Source of the DNA: a phage
Length of the DNA stretch: 64,000 bases
Direction: 5' to 3' (one strand)
Sequence record: PZ445450.1
Below the pieces are notes generated by a model. It was not told the DNA's origin, ran no database searches, and worked only from the letters and a program-made list of their open reading frames with translations. Shown here piece by piece: positions 56,023 through 63,717 of the stretch (positions are counted from its first letter, which is position 1; each line of letters begins with the position of its first letter). The position numbers and the translations under genes were made by a program.

Positions 56023-56784
56023 TTAAAGTTCCATAAAGTTTTCTACAGTTTCAATAAATGCTTTATCAGAGAAAGCGTCAACAGCACCGTTAAACCATAC
56101 AGGGATCCCGCGATCCTCATATTGATAAAGGTCGCTACGTGAAATGCCACTTCCATCTGCACTCTGCGAATCATACTTGTTTACAATCAGCAGTTTTGTG
56201 CCTTTACAAGTAGCAGGAAACAATTCCCAGTTAAAATTAATAACTGTGTTAGAACAACCTACCAGGATCACCATATCATTGCTTGTGAGAGATGTCAACA
56301 GGTCATACATGTCTGTATACTTAGGAGCAACCTCACCGAAGAACACTACATTGGGCTTAACCCAGGTATACTTGCCTGTATCTACCTCCGTGTATCCGAT
56401 ATTTTTAATTACATCATTACCTTCAGCATCTTCGTAGGTGATTTCAGGCAAATACCCGTGGACATGTAAAATATCTTCATGTTTTACACCAGCACGCTCC
56501 AGCAAATCATCTACATTGGTAGTAAGGTTGATCACACGACCAGACCAGCGGGAATACCACTCAGCGATCCGAAGATGTGCAAGGTTAGGATCAACACTGC
56601 CCAGAGCTACACGACGTGCATTGTAAAAGTCATGCACCTTATAGTAGTTCTTGGCAAAGGTGTGGATGTTGCACACCTCATCGATGCTGAAATTCTCCCA
56701 CATTGCAGTGCTACCAGATCGGAAAGTGGGAATACCAGATTCAGCGCTCAAACCAGCACCGGAGATAATAATCAGTCGTCGCAT
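56023..56784 (-). CDS. Sir2 (sirtuin) family NAD-dependent protein
   Basis: GAGLSAESGIPTFRSG, TTNVDDLLERAG, HVHGYL, PNVVFFGE sirtuin motifs; no obvious CxxC zinc ribbon. Confidence 0.8.
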   Translation of the reverse strand: MRRLIIISGAGLSAESGIPTFRSGSTAMWENFSIDEVCNIHTFAKNYYKVHDFYNARRVALGSVDPNLAHLRIAEWYSRWSGRVINLTTNVDDLLERAGVKHEDILHVHGYLPEITYEDAEGNDVIKNIGYTEVDTGKYTWVKPNVVFFGEVAPKYTDMYDLLTSLTSNDMVILVGCSNTVINFNWELFPATCKGTKLLIVNKYDSQSADGSGISRSDLYQYEDRGIPVWFNGAVDAFSDKAFIETVENFMEL

Positions 56785-56792
56785 AAGTGTCC

Positions 56793-57143
56793 TCAGTAGA
56801 TGTTTTGTTTAATCTCTATTCCAAACTTCTTGAATGAGTCAGCAGCAAGCATAAATTTACGAGCTGCCGATGGATTAGAAGTATGCACGAAAATAATCAC
56901 GTTGTCAATAAGTGGTGGCTTTCCGAATACAAGTTTCTCCTCTAGCGCAGAGAAGCAGTCGTACCCTTCAAGCACTTCACCTAGATCATTGTCAAAATGC
57001 CACTCAGAAACGCTCCTGTAGAGCTTTCTATTATCGTTAATAAAATCCATGAACTCAGAAGAGTTCTTCAGCCAAAGAGCATCTTGGATTCCGTAATTTG
57101 ACGGATCTCTCAAGTCATCTAGCCACACAATCAACTTCTTCAT
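56793..57143 (-). CDS. hypothetical protein
   Basis: Internal ATG (MKKLIVWLDD) forms ATGA overlap with the RNA ligase stop. Confidence 0.45.
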   Translation of the reverse strand: MKKLIVWLDDLRDPSNYGIQDALWLKNSSEFMDFINDNRKLYRSVSEWHFDNDLGEVLEGYDCFSALEEKLVFGKPPLIDNVIIFVHTSNPSAARKFMLAADSFKKFGIEIKQNIY

Positions 57144-58075
57144 TGCATATAGTCCTCGTTGTGAAAATAGCAATCAAGTATCTCACGGCGTTCCTGCTCC
57201 AGGAGGCAGTTCCACACATCTTCTGTGTAATTGCTACGAATGAAGTTTACCATGCCATAAAACTCTTCGTCAATACGTTTAAAGATATCATCATCCCAAA
57301 TCTTCCAAGCTTTACCCCTCATTACGGCCTTCCGTGCCAAATAGTATGGAGACTTGATCTTCAGCTGCAGGTCATAAGGGTAGTAAGGCTTACGGATCAT
57401 ATACCCTTCGCCCCTTGTTTCTGCAGCTAATTCTTTTGCATAGCTGAACGGGATTTCACGCACAGTGTGAGGACGTTTTGCACCAAGGTATTTGGCAATT
57501 CCATCTAAAGCTGCTTCTGGTAGCATTATTCCAGAATCATTATATCTGCAACCTATCAAATATGCGCCATGGTCTTCTTGAACAATATGCGGATCTGAAG
57601 GGTGACAAATTTCAAACATGAATGTCATGTTTTCATTGCCCATAACCTTCTTGATAAGATCTAAATTACCACATTGCTCTTGGATGGTTTCCTTTGCAAG
57701 GTTACAATATGGAGAATCAAGAGACCCGGTTGTTGAGAACAATAGGTCACCTTTATGAGATGATACCACACCAAGGAATCCGTTCTTTTTCTCTACCGCA
57801 GTCACAAGCTTATTGTCAGGCAGGTTGGTGGAGTTTTCTCCCAAGTTAAACACTTTTGTGAAGGGCCATGCCACAACATTTCCTTCATTACCTACAACAA
57901 TGCCTCGGCACTCCAGTAAACGAGGGGACAAATGCCATAAATTGTTGTAAAATACTTTTCTAGCATATTTATAGATCTTTAACCCGAGATCTGGGTAATA
58001 CCTACTGGTTACAAGACCTTTGTCAACTAGGTCGTCTGCATTAAAATACTTCATCATACGTTCCTCATTTGTCAT
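57140..58075 (-). CDS. RNA ligase-like nucleotidyltransferase (Rnl family, putative)
   Basis: Motif I EKKNGF, motif IV EGYMIRK, motif V LKIKSPYY; divergent from kinase/phosphoesterase genes. Confidence 0.6.
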   Translation of the reverse strand: MTNEERMMKYFNADDLVDKGLVTSRYYPDLGLKIYKYARKVFYNNLWHLSPRLLECRGIVVGNEGNVVAWPFTKVFNLGENSTNLPDNKLVTAVEKKNGFLGVVSSHKGDLLFSTTGSLDSPYCNLAKETIQEQCGNLDLIKKVMGNENMTFMFEICHPSDPHIVQEDHGAYLIGCRYNDSGIMLPEAALDGIAKYLGAKRPHTVREIPFSYAKELAAETRGEGYMIRKPYYPYDLQLKIKSPYYLARKAVMRGKAWKIWDDDIFKRIDEEFYGMVNFIRSNYTEDVWNCLLEQERREILDCYFHNEDYMQ

Positions 58076-58118
58076 TTTGTCAGTCTATCCTGTCACACAA
58101 ATAACCTAGTGTCAACAC

Positions 58119-58147
58119 TTGAAATTAACAAAACAGTTAGATATACT
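58119..58147 (+). promoter_or_regulatory. sigma70-like promoter (TTGAAA-N17-TATACT) in divergent intergenic region
   Basis: -35 58119-58124, -10 58142-58147. Confidence 0.5.
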
Positions 58148-58175
58148 ATCGTTGAAATTAAAACGGAGGGTCACT

Positions 58176-58586
58176 ATGTCTAAAATGCTATATATCGTGC
58201 GTGGTCTACCAGGGTCTGGCAAATCAACACTGGCAAATGCGCTATCTTTAGAGGGTCTGTATCCACATTTTGAGAAAGACATGTTCTGGTATGACGATGA
58301 CGGCAATTACAACTGGGATGCAAGTAAAGTAACACTCGCAGCGAAATGGTGCAAAGATAACGTAGAAGATATGATGCGTATGGGATACGACCGTATCGTG
58401 GTAAGTAATACGTTTACAAAAGAAAAACATGTGCAGGAATATGTTGACATGGCAATCAGTCATGGGTATAGTTATACCGTGATCGTGGTTGAAAACCGCC
58501 ACGGTAATAAAAGCATTCATGATGTTCCAGACAAGGTTGTGGATCGTATGGAACGCCAGCTTAAAAACTGCATTAAACTTAAATGA
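58176..58586 (+). CDS. polynucleotide kinase-like P-loop kinase
   Basis: ggaggg RBS; MLYIVRGLPGSGKSTLA Walker A at extreme N-terminus, as in Pnk kinase domains. Confidence 0.65.
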   Translation: MSKMLYIVRGLPGSGKSTLANALSLEGLYPHFEKDMFWYDDDGNYNWDASKVTLAAKWCKDNVEDMMRMGYDRIVVSNTFTKEKHVQEYVDMAISHGYSYTVIVVENRHGNKSIHDVPDKVVDRMERQLKNCIKLK

Positions 58587-58593
58587 GGAATGT

Positions 58594-59148
58594 ATGAAAT
58601 ACTTTGTAACAAGCGACACACACTTTCTCCACCAGCGGGTCATGGAGTTTGATTCATGTCAAAAACACAGATCTCAGTATGATCACAATCTTGACAGTAT
58701 GAATGCGGGAATCATCGCCGAATGGAACTCTGTTGTGTCACCTGCAGACACTGTGTTCCACTTGGGAGATATTGCGTGCACTAATGATAAGAATATCAAC
58801 AACTTACTTCCAGATATTCTAAATATGTTGAACGGACATATTATTCTTGTTCGTGGCAACCATGACACAAGGACGACTGTCAGAATTATGAAAGAGTTCG
58901 GTCATGAGGTTGTAGATTATTACGAGCTTCGCCACAACAAGAATTTGATCTGTATGAGCCATTACCAATTTGCAAAGTGGAACAGAAAGCCTCACGGATC
59001 AGTCCAACTGTTCGGTCATGCTCACGGAACCACACAACAGTTGTTTGGCAGGCAGCTTGATGTCGGTTGGGATGTGTGGGGGAGACTCTTACCATTAGAA
59101 GAGGCATACCGTATTGCAATGAGTTTTGCTATTGACAGCGGGGAGTAA
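58594..59148 (+). CDS. calcineurin-like metallophosphoesterase
   Basis: SDTHF, GDI, VRGNHD, GHAH motifs; gagg RBS before internal ATG. Confidence 0.7.
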   Translation: MKYFVTSDTHFLHQRVMEFDSCQKHRSQYDHNLDSMNAGIIAEWNSVVSPADTVFHLGDIACTNDKNINNLLPDILNMLNGHIILVRGNHDTRTTVRIMKEFGHEVVDYYELRHNKNLICMSHYQFAKWNRKPHGSVQLFGHAHGTTQQLFGRQLDVGWDVWGRLLPLEEAYRIAMSFAIDSGE

Positions 59149-59195
59149 TCCCTGCTATTTTAAAGAAAATTGCCACACAAGGAGAATCAGGAGAT

Positions 59196-59546
59196 ATGAA
59201 AGATGGGGATAAGCTGCTATATCTTAAAGTCCCCCTTGAAATACTGTCTATGTCAAAAGTTTTGAATGACACAACTGGAGAGGTTGTTGTTCTTGACTTA
59301 TATGACAAGATCGTATACTGCTACCTGCACAACTGGTACAAGCTTGGAGGAAATTCACGCTTCACACCCAGCACAAGGAAAATTGCAGCAGATGTTGGGA
59401 TAAAGAAAACAAAAGCAGCAGCGTGCGTTAAAACTTTAGAATGTGCAGGAGTGGTTGAAATATCCACACAAGGGAGAGGTAAAAGATGCACATTTTCCAA
59501 AGTTTTGCCACCAGAAGAGGTTATTCGAATGTCAACAACTGGTTAG
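59196..59546 (+). CDS. winged-helix/HTH DNA-binding protein (putative initiator or repressor)
   Basis: aaggagaatcaggag RBS; HTH-like TRKIAADVGIKKTKAAACVKTLECAGVVEI; immediately upstream of iterons. Confidence 0.5.
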   Translation: MKDGDKLLYLKVPLEILSMSKVLNDTTGEVVVLDLYDKIVYCYLHNWYKLGGNSRFTPSTRKIAADVGIKKTKAAACVKTLECAGVVEISTQGRGKRCTFSKVLPPEEVIRMSTTG

Positions 59547-59620
59547 ACCAGTAAAAACTTAAATATCTGTACTATAAGGATTCGTATGTTTTATGTCCAC
59601 CCCAGAGCAGAGGATAGTAA

Positions 59621-59705
59621 CTGTCCGTGATACGGACACTACTGTCCGTCACGCGGACACATCTGTCCGTAATACGGACACTAACTGTCCGTGATACGGA
59701 CACAT
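59621..59705. repeat. Four tandem palindromic iterons CTGTCCGT-N4-CGGACAC
   Basis: Units at 59621, 59642, 59663 and 59686 at 21-23 bp spacing; each contains inverted half-sites GTCCGT/ACGGAC. Confidence 0.85.
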
Positions 59706-59893
59706 AAAGAATATAACTAAAATAACTAAATAATAAAAAAATAAAAGATCTAGTACTTATGGTACTAAAGTGCATATACTTAACTTATGTAGAATATACT
59801 AGATCCTAAGTACCATGTTTTAAATTTATTACTTATTGTTGGTAGTGTCGGCCCTTCATTGGCACTCGCCTACGAGGGGCGAGATGCCGGGCC
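59706..59893. other. AT-rich tract with nested palindromes followed by a long GC-rich hairpin
   Basis: 59706-59845 is strongly AT-rich with agtac-ttatg-gtact and agatctagta/tactagatc inverted repeats; hairpin 59850-59893 with ggccc/gggcc outer stem and ggca+ctcgcc / ggcgag+tgcc inner stem. Confidence 0.6.
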
Positions 59894-60208
59894 TCCATAG
59901 TGCACACAATGACAGAAGTGCATACATGCAGGACTGTTAACATGTGTGGGAGCGAAGCGATAGCGCAGGCCAAAGGCAGAGCACTAATGTTGACCACCGA
60001 CGAAAGCTTGCCAGCGCCGGAAGGAGTCGGTTGAGAGACTCCCGCGCGAGTTCTGATAAAGTTTATGTGTGGAAACTGACAAGAAGGCTCCTAAATCGCT
60101 CCACAGCTATATAAACTATACCAAGTAAGGCAATCGCACCAGTTTGATAGAAAAGCTCGTTACAAAGCGATACAGTGAGTTTTTCTATAACTTGAAGAGG
60201 AGGCTGCT

Positions 60209-60787
60209 ATGAGTTCACGCAAAGATGCCCGTGAAAAGATTGCAAAACGTTATCAGGATGAAGAACAGATGGAGAAAACTTTCAAGTGGAAGCCAGGTTT
60301 CCAGCGTAATCATTCTAACGCCCGTGATCGTAAGCATCCTGATAAGTGGCTAACACCGCCAAATGATGGCATGCAGGTTGGTGATGAGAAGGAGCTATCA
60401 CCTGGAAAAGATGGCAACTACATTCGCACTAAGGACGCCAGTCCAAAGGATGACAGCTATCTTGTAGATAAGGTTCTTGATGGTATTGATGTAGATGTTG
60501 ACACTGCACGAAACCTTTTTCTTGGTTGGTATCGTACAGGTTTTTTCGACATCGAGGCTATTCGTCGTGTTTGTGATATTAAAAAGTCTGCATATGATGA
60601 CGACTCGTTACATCGCACCCTGAGACAATATTCAGAAAGATATGGTCATCCGGTTATCACTCTTGACGATGTTAACGAAGTGATGTATCATGCAGAGGTT
60701 GTTGCAGGCAGATTTGGTGATGCATATCTTGATATCCTTTCTGCAAACGATGAGGTAATGTTGAATAAGATTTACTATGAACGTTGA
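60209..60787 (+). CDS. hypothetical protein
   Basis: gaagaggagg RBS; 192-aa ORF. Confidence 0.55.
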   Translation: MSSRKDAREKIAKRYQDEEQMEKTFKWKPGFQRNHSNARDRKHPDKWLTPPNDGMQVGDEKELSPGKDGNYIRTKDASPKDDSYLVDKVLDGIDVDVDTARNLFLGWYRTGFFDIEAIRRVCDIKKSAYDDDSLHRTLRQYSERYGHPVITLDDVNEVMYHAEVVAGRFGDAYLDILSANDEVMLNKIYYER

Positions 60788-60797
60788 GGAGAGCTTA

Positions 60798-60986
60798 ATG
60801 AACAATCCGGTAGCAAAGAACTGTAATAAGTTCAACAAGTCTGCAATTCACACCGACAGGAAAAAGAGCTGGTCACCGGACATTGACGAGGAGCTTGAGA
60901 ATTACTTTGAAGATCTAGTCACCAATGCAGGTGAGGTTGCGATTAAAGAATACGCAGACAGGAAGGATAAGGCCGGAATCTGTTGA
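60798..60986 (+). CDS. hypothetical protein
   Basis: gaggagag RBS before internal ATG. Confidence 0.45.
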   Translation: MNNPVAKNCNKFNKSAIHTDRKKSWSPDIDEELENYFEDLVTNAGEVAIKEYADRKDKAGIC

Positions 60987-61011
60987 CAAAAATAATGTTA
61001 CCTGATAAGAT
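60983..61011 (+). promoter_or_regulatory. sigma70 promoter (TTGACA-N17-TAAGAT)
   Basis: -35 60983-60988, -10 61006-61011. Confidence 0.55.
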
Positions 61012-61062
61012 CTGCAATATGATGTGATACAATTTTAACTTACGAGGTCTACAGGTAATGCT

Positions 61063-61305
61063 ATGTTTAAGGTTAAGCTCGTTTTCCGTTCCATGAATGA
61101 GGATTATTTAGAAGATGAAGGTGAATTTCGTGCACTAGATGATGCAATAGATTTTGCCAACGACTTAGCTTGTATGAATACTGGTTATGGTTTATGTTGT
61201 TGGGATGGTGGTGTTCAGATTGGTGATAGCAAGATCTTCTACTTCTACCCTGAGCCCGATAACAAACAAATTAAGTATGTTTTATTTATTTGTGCTTTAC
61301 AATGA
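61063..61305 (+). CDS. hypothetical protein
   Basis: 80-aa ORF downstream of promoter. Confidence 0.5.
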   Translation: MFKVKLVFRSMNEDYLEDEGEFRALDDAIDFANDLACMNTGYGLCCWDGGVQIGDSKIFYFYPEPDNKQIKYVLFICALQ

Positions 61306-61593
61306 GGTTGTTTTCGTGTATCATGATGAATATCCAATTTAAAGATGAGTTTGATGGCTTTATCTCCGGATGCTTTGAAACAGGGTTCGGAGAAGGCTGA
61401 GTTCCCCTTAGAGGGCTTGATAGTGCACCACACTTAAAATGGTAGGGGCAGCCAGCACATGACGATGTGACCCCAGCCAACCTGTAATAAGGTCGAGCCA
61501 GAGCGCGGTAATGGGTATCTGGTAACCCACTTGTTGGGTCTTGCTGGTCCAGGACGCTGGGCAAGTCGCAGGGAATACCACCCTGCGGCGAAC

Positions 61594-61640
61594 TTGACAA
61601 TCAGTATTTGCCGTGATAAAATCCACCTATCACGTGATAA
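61594..61640 (+). promoter_or_regulatory. sigma70 promoter (TTGACA-N17-TAAAAT) overlapped by operator-like repeats
   Basis: -35 61594-61599, -10 61617-61622; CGTGATAA direct repeat at 61612 and 61633 and GTGATA...TATCAC inverted repeat spanning the -10. Confidence 0.55.
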
Positions 61641-61650
61641 TGGAGGAAAC

Positions 61651-61989
61651 ATGGCGGATACAACTAAAAAGCGTCGCCGTAGAGGCAGACCTCTGAAAGA
61701 GGAGTCCAACGCCATTCAGCTAGAGAAGAACATTCTTGATATGAAGGAATCTTTTATAGCGATGGTTCCAGAAGCTCACAAAGTTTTAAGAGAGCTGATG
61801 TTGGACCCGAAAACCAAACAAAATATTCGTCAAAGCATTGCAGAGTATGTTCTTGATAAGGCAGACCGAATGCAGGAAGAATATGATGAGATGTTTGGTG
61901 AAGAGGAAGAGGTGGTAGTAGAAGAGGCTGAAAAACCAGCACCTTTTATGCCATTTACCACAGAAATACAGCCTGTTGGCAATAGTTAA
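61651..61989 (+). CDS. hypothetical protein, basic N-terminus and acidic C-terminus
   Basis: ggaggaaac RBS before internal ATG; MADTTKKRRRRGRPLKEE. Confidence 0.5.
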   Translation: MADTTKKRRRRGRPLKEESNAIQLEKNILDMKESFIAMVPEAHKVLRELMLDPKTKQNIRQSIAEYVLDKADRMQEEYDEMFGEEEEVVVEEAEKPAPFMPFTTEIQPVGNS

Positions 61990-62085
61990 AATATTTTCTT
62001 GACAAACTTTGCCTAACAGTGTAATATTATAAACATGGTCTCCCACCTTTTCTGGCGGCTCAGGTGTAAAAGAAAGCCACCCAGT

Positions 62086-62160
62086 GCCCTGTTAGCTTAG
62101 TGGATAAAGCAGCGGCCTTCTAAGCCGTTGACACTGGTTCGAGTCCAGTACGGGGTGCCA
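62086..62160 (+). tRNA. tRNA-Arg (anticodon UCU)
   Basis: Cloverleaf folded by hand: acceptor gccctgt/acggggt (one G-U), anticodon loop CUUCUAA, T-loop TTCGAGT, CCA encoded. Confidence 0.8.
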
Positions 62161-62164
62161 AATT

Positions 62165-62251
62165 GGGGAGTTATCCCGTAGAGGTAGCGGTGTAGACTGT
62201 AAATCTATTGTCATTGCGACTCGGGTGGTTCGACTCCACCACTCCCCACCA
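62165..62251 (+). tRNA. tRNA-Tyr (anticodon GUA), class II
   Basis: Acceptor ggggagt/actcccc, anticodon loop CUGUAAA, long variable arm, T-loop TTCGACT, CCA encoded. Confidence 0.75.
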
Positions 62252-62365
62252 AATTTATATTTTTAAATGCATAAATCATACAGATAATGACATTGATATT
62301 TATCGTCGTTTATACTAGTCACTAACTGCTCGAAAATCAGTGTCATTATCAGTGTAATTTATAAA

Positions 62366-62456
62366 GGAGGGTAGGGAGCAATGGTGCTCAAGCGGTCTTG
62401 AAAACCGTCCCGTTGAGGATGACTCGATGATGGTTCGATTCCATTACTCTCCGCCA
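62366..62456 (+). tRNA. tRNA-Ser (anticodon UGA), class II
   Basis: Acceptor ggagggt/actctcc, anticodon loop CUUGAAA, long variable arm, T-loop TTCGATT, CCA encoded. Confidence 0.75.
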
Positions 62457-62554
62457 CATTGTTGACCTTGTAATTAAGCGAAAGCCGGAAGCAGAACCGG
62501 ATTATCAAATGTTACAGTCGTCATCGCCGACTAGCCACATGGTCAACATATTGC

Positions 62555-62653
62555 GCTAGGTAAGCCCTTTGGCAAGGGCGAGGATTTTTAATCCTGAAAA
62601 TAGACGAGGTAGTCGTTGAATACATAGGTGGTTCGATTCCATCACCTAGCACC
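62555..62653 (+). tRNA. aberrant tRNA-like gene (candidate Lys-UUU-like anticodon loop; ~30-nt insertion before T-arm)
   Basis: Acceptor gctaggt/acctagc, D-arm gccc-tttggcaa-gggc, T-arm ggtgg-ttcgatt-ccatc. Anticodon region aggatttttaatcct gives UUUUUAA loop only with a 4-bp stem; ~30 nt lie between it and the T-arm; 3' CC only. Confidence 0.45.
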
Positions 62654-62657
62654 TTTT

Positions 62658-62733
62658 GCTGATGTAGCACAATTGGCAGTGCAATTGATTTGTAATCAAT
62701 AGGTTGCAGGTTCAAGTCCTGCCATCAGCACCA
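62658..62733 (+). tRNA. tRNA-Thr (anticodon UGU)
   Basis: Acceptor gctgatg/catcagc, D-stem gcac/gtgc, anticodon loop UUUGUAA, T-loop TTCAAGT, CCA encoded. Confidence 0.8.
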
Positions 62734-62734
62734 T

Positions 62735-62809
62735 GGCCCTGTAGCTGGAAGGTTCAAGCAAGCGACTCATAATCGCCAGACGGTGGTTCAATTCCACCCA
62801 GGGCCACCA
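62735..62809 (+). tRNA. tRNA-Met (anticodon CAU; elongator Met or Ile2 lysidine type)
   Basis: Acceptor ggccctg/cagggcc with G1-C72, anticodon loop CUCAUAA, T-loop TTCAATT, CCA encoded. Confidence 0.7.
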
Positions 62810-62820
62810 AATAATAAATA

Positions 62821-62897
62821 CTCCGCGTAGCTCAGCTTGGTAGAGCGCCTGATTTGGGATCAGGAGGTCGAGTGTTCGAATCACTCCGTGGAGACCA
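62821..62897 (+). tRNA. tRNA-Pro (anticodon UGG)
   Basis: C1-G72 acceptor typical of tRNA-Pro, anticodon loop UUUGGGA, T-loop TTCGAAT, CCA encoded. Confidence 0.8.
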
Positions 62898-62943
62898 CCT
62901 TTAGTTATACTTTAAATATATACACACAAAAGGAACCTTTAAA

Positions 62944-63213
62944 ATGTATACACTTAAAATTGTAGAACGTGTAAATCCAACCCATACTGTAGATTTTCGT
63001 GAAGATTTCAACCCTCTTGCTGTAAATCTTCGAGAGTCGTATCATGAACTAAGCTGCGATGCAGTTGTGGTCTTCTTTGAAGACAACTCTGAAGGGGCAG
63101 TAGCTTGTGTTGTTGATAGCGAGCAGAAGTTTTATATTTACAGAGATGTGGATGCTTACTTGATGAATGAGAATGCGGTTACTGTCAGAATCATCCACCG
63201 AGTGCCTCGATAA
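62944..63213 (+). CDS. hypothetical protein
   Basis: aaaggaacc RBS; 89-aa ORF followed by terminator. Confidence 0.5.
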   Translation: MYTLKIVERVNPTHTVDFREDFNPLAVNLRESYHELSCDAVVVFFEDNSEGAVACVVDSEQKFYIYRDVDAYLMNENAVTVRIIHRVPR

Positions 63214-63269
63214 GTATTAGTCTCCTTTTAGTTAGTTTCGATCTATTTAGGTTACTCAATTTTAACCCG

Positions 63270-63300
63270 CCCCGTTAGCTGTATAGCTGCGGGGTTTTTT
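63270..63300 (+). terminator. rho-independent terminator
   Basis: ccccg-ttagctgtatagctg-cgggg stem-loop followed by tttttt. Confidence 0.7.
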
Positions 63301-63318
63301 CGTTTCTGGAGCCTTAAA

Positions 63319-63717
63319 ATGATTTCAGTCTTAACATTGATGAGTAAATACAGAGGGATCATAAAAGGTTTAGTTTTTGCAGCGGCTATAGGCATGGCTT
63401 ATCTTGGGGCCGTGTATTGGTTTAACTCTAAGCTCAATGATGCTTATCAGGAAGGTGTGTCAGCAACAGAGTTGAAGTGGGAACGGATCCTTGACCAACA
63501 ACAAAAGCAAGCCGACAAAATTAAAATGGGCCACGCAGAGGAGGTTAAAAACCTTGAAAAATCTCTTTCTGATCTACAGGATAAATTAAATATGGCTGAG
63601 AAGGCAGGTAAAGAAAAGCAGATTATCTACCTCCAATCTCCTGAAGGTAAGAAGTCAACACTTCCTGATCAGCTAATAGATATTTATAATGAGAGTATCA
63701 ATCAGGAGGTTCGATGA
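63319..63717 (+). CDS. i-spanin-like protein (N-terminal TM helix plus coiled coil)
   Basis: TM segment GLVFAAAIGMAYLGAVYWF then charged helical region; stop overlaps next ATG (ATGA). Confidence 0.5.
   Translation: MISVLTLMSKYRGIIKGLVFAAAIGMAYLGAVYWFNSKLNDAYQEGVSATELKWERILDQQQKQADKIKMGHAEEVKNLEKSLSDLQDKLNMAEKAGKEKQIIYLQSPEGKKSTLPDQLIDIYNESINQEVR

Noticed and set aside
61286-61715. Three overlapping minus-strand track ORFs (61286..61600, 61408..61626, 61434..61715)
   Set aside because: They overlap each other in a GC-rich stretch opposite to local transcription and have no RBS; open frames are expected by chance in GC-rich DNA.
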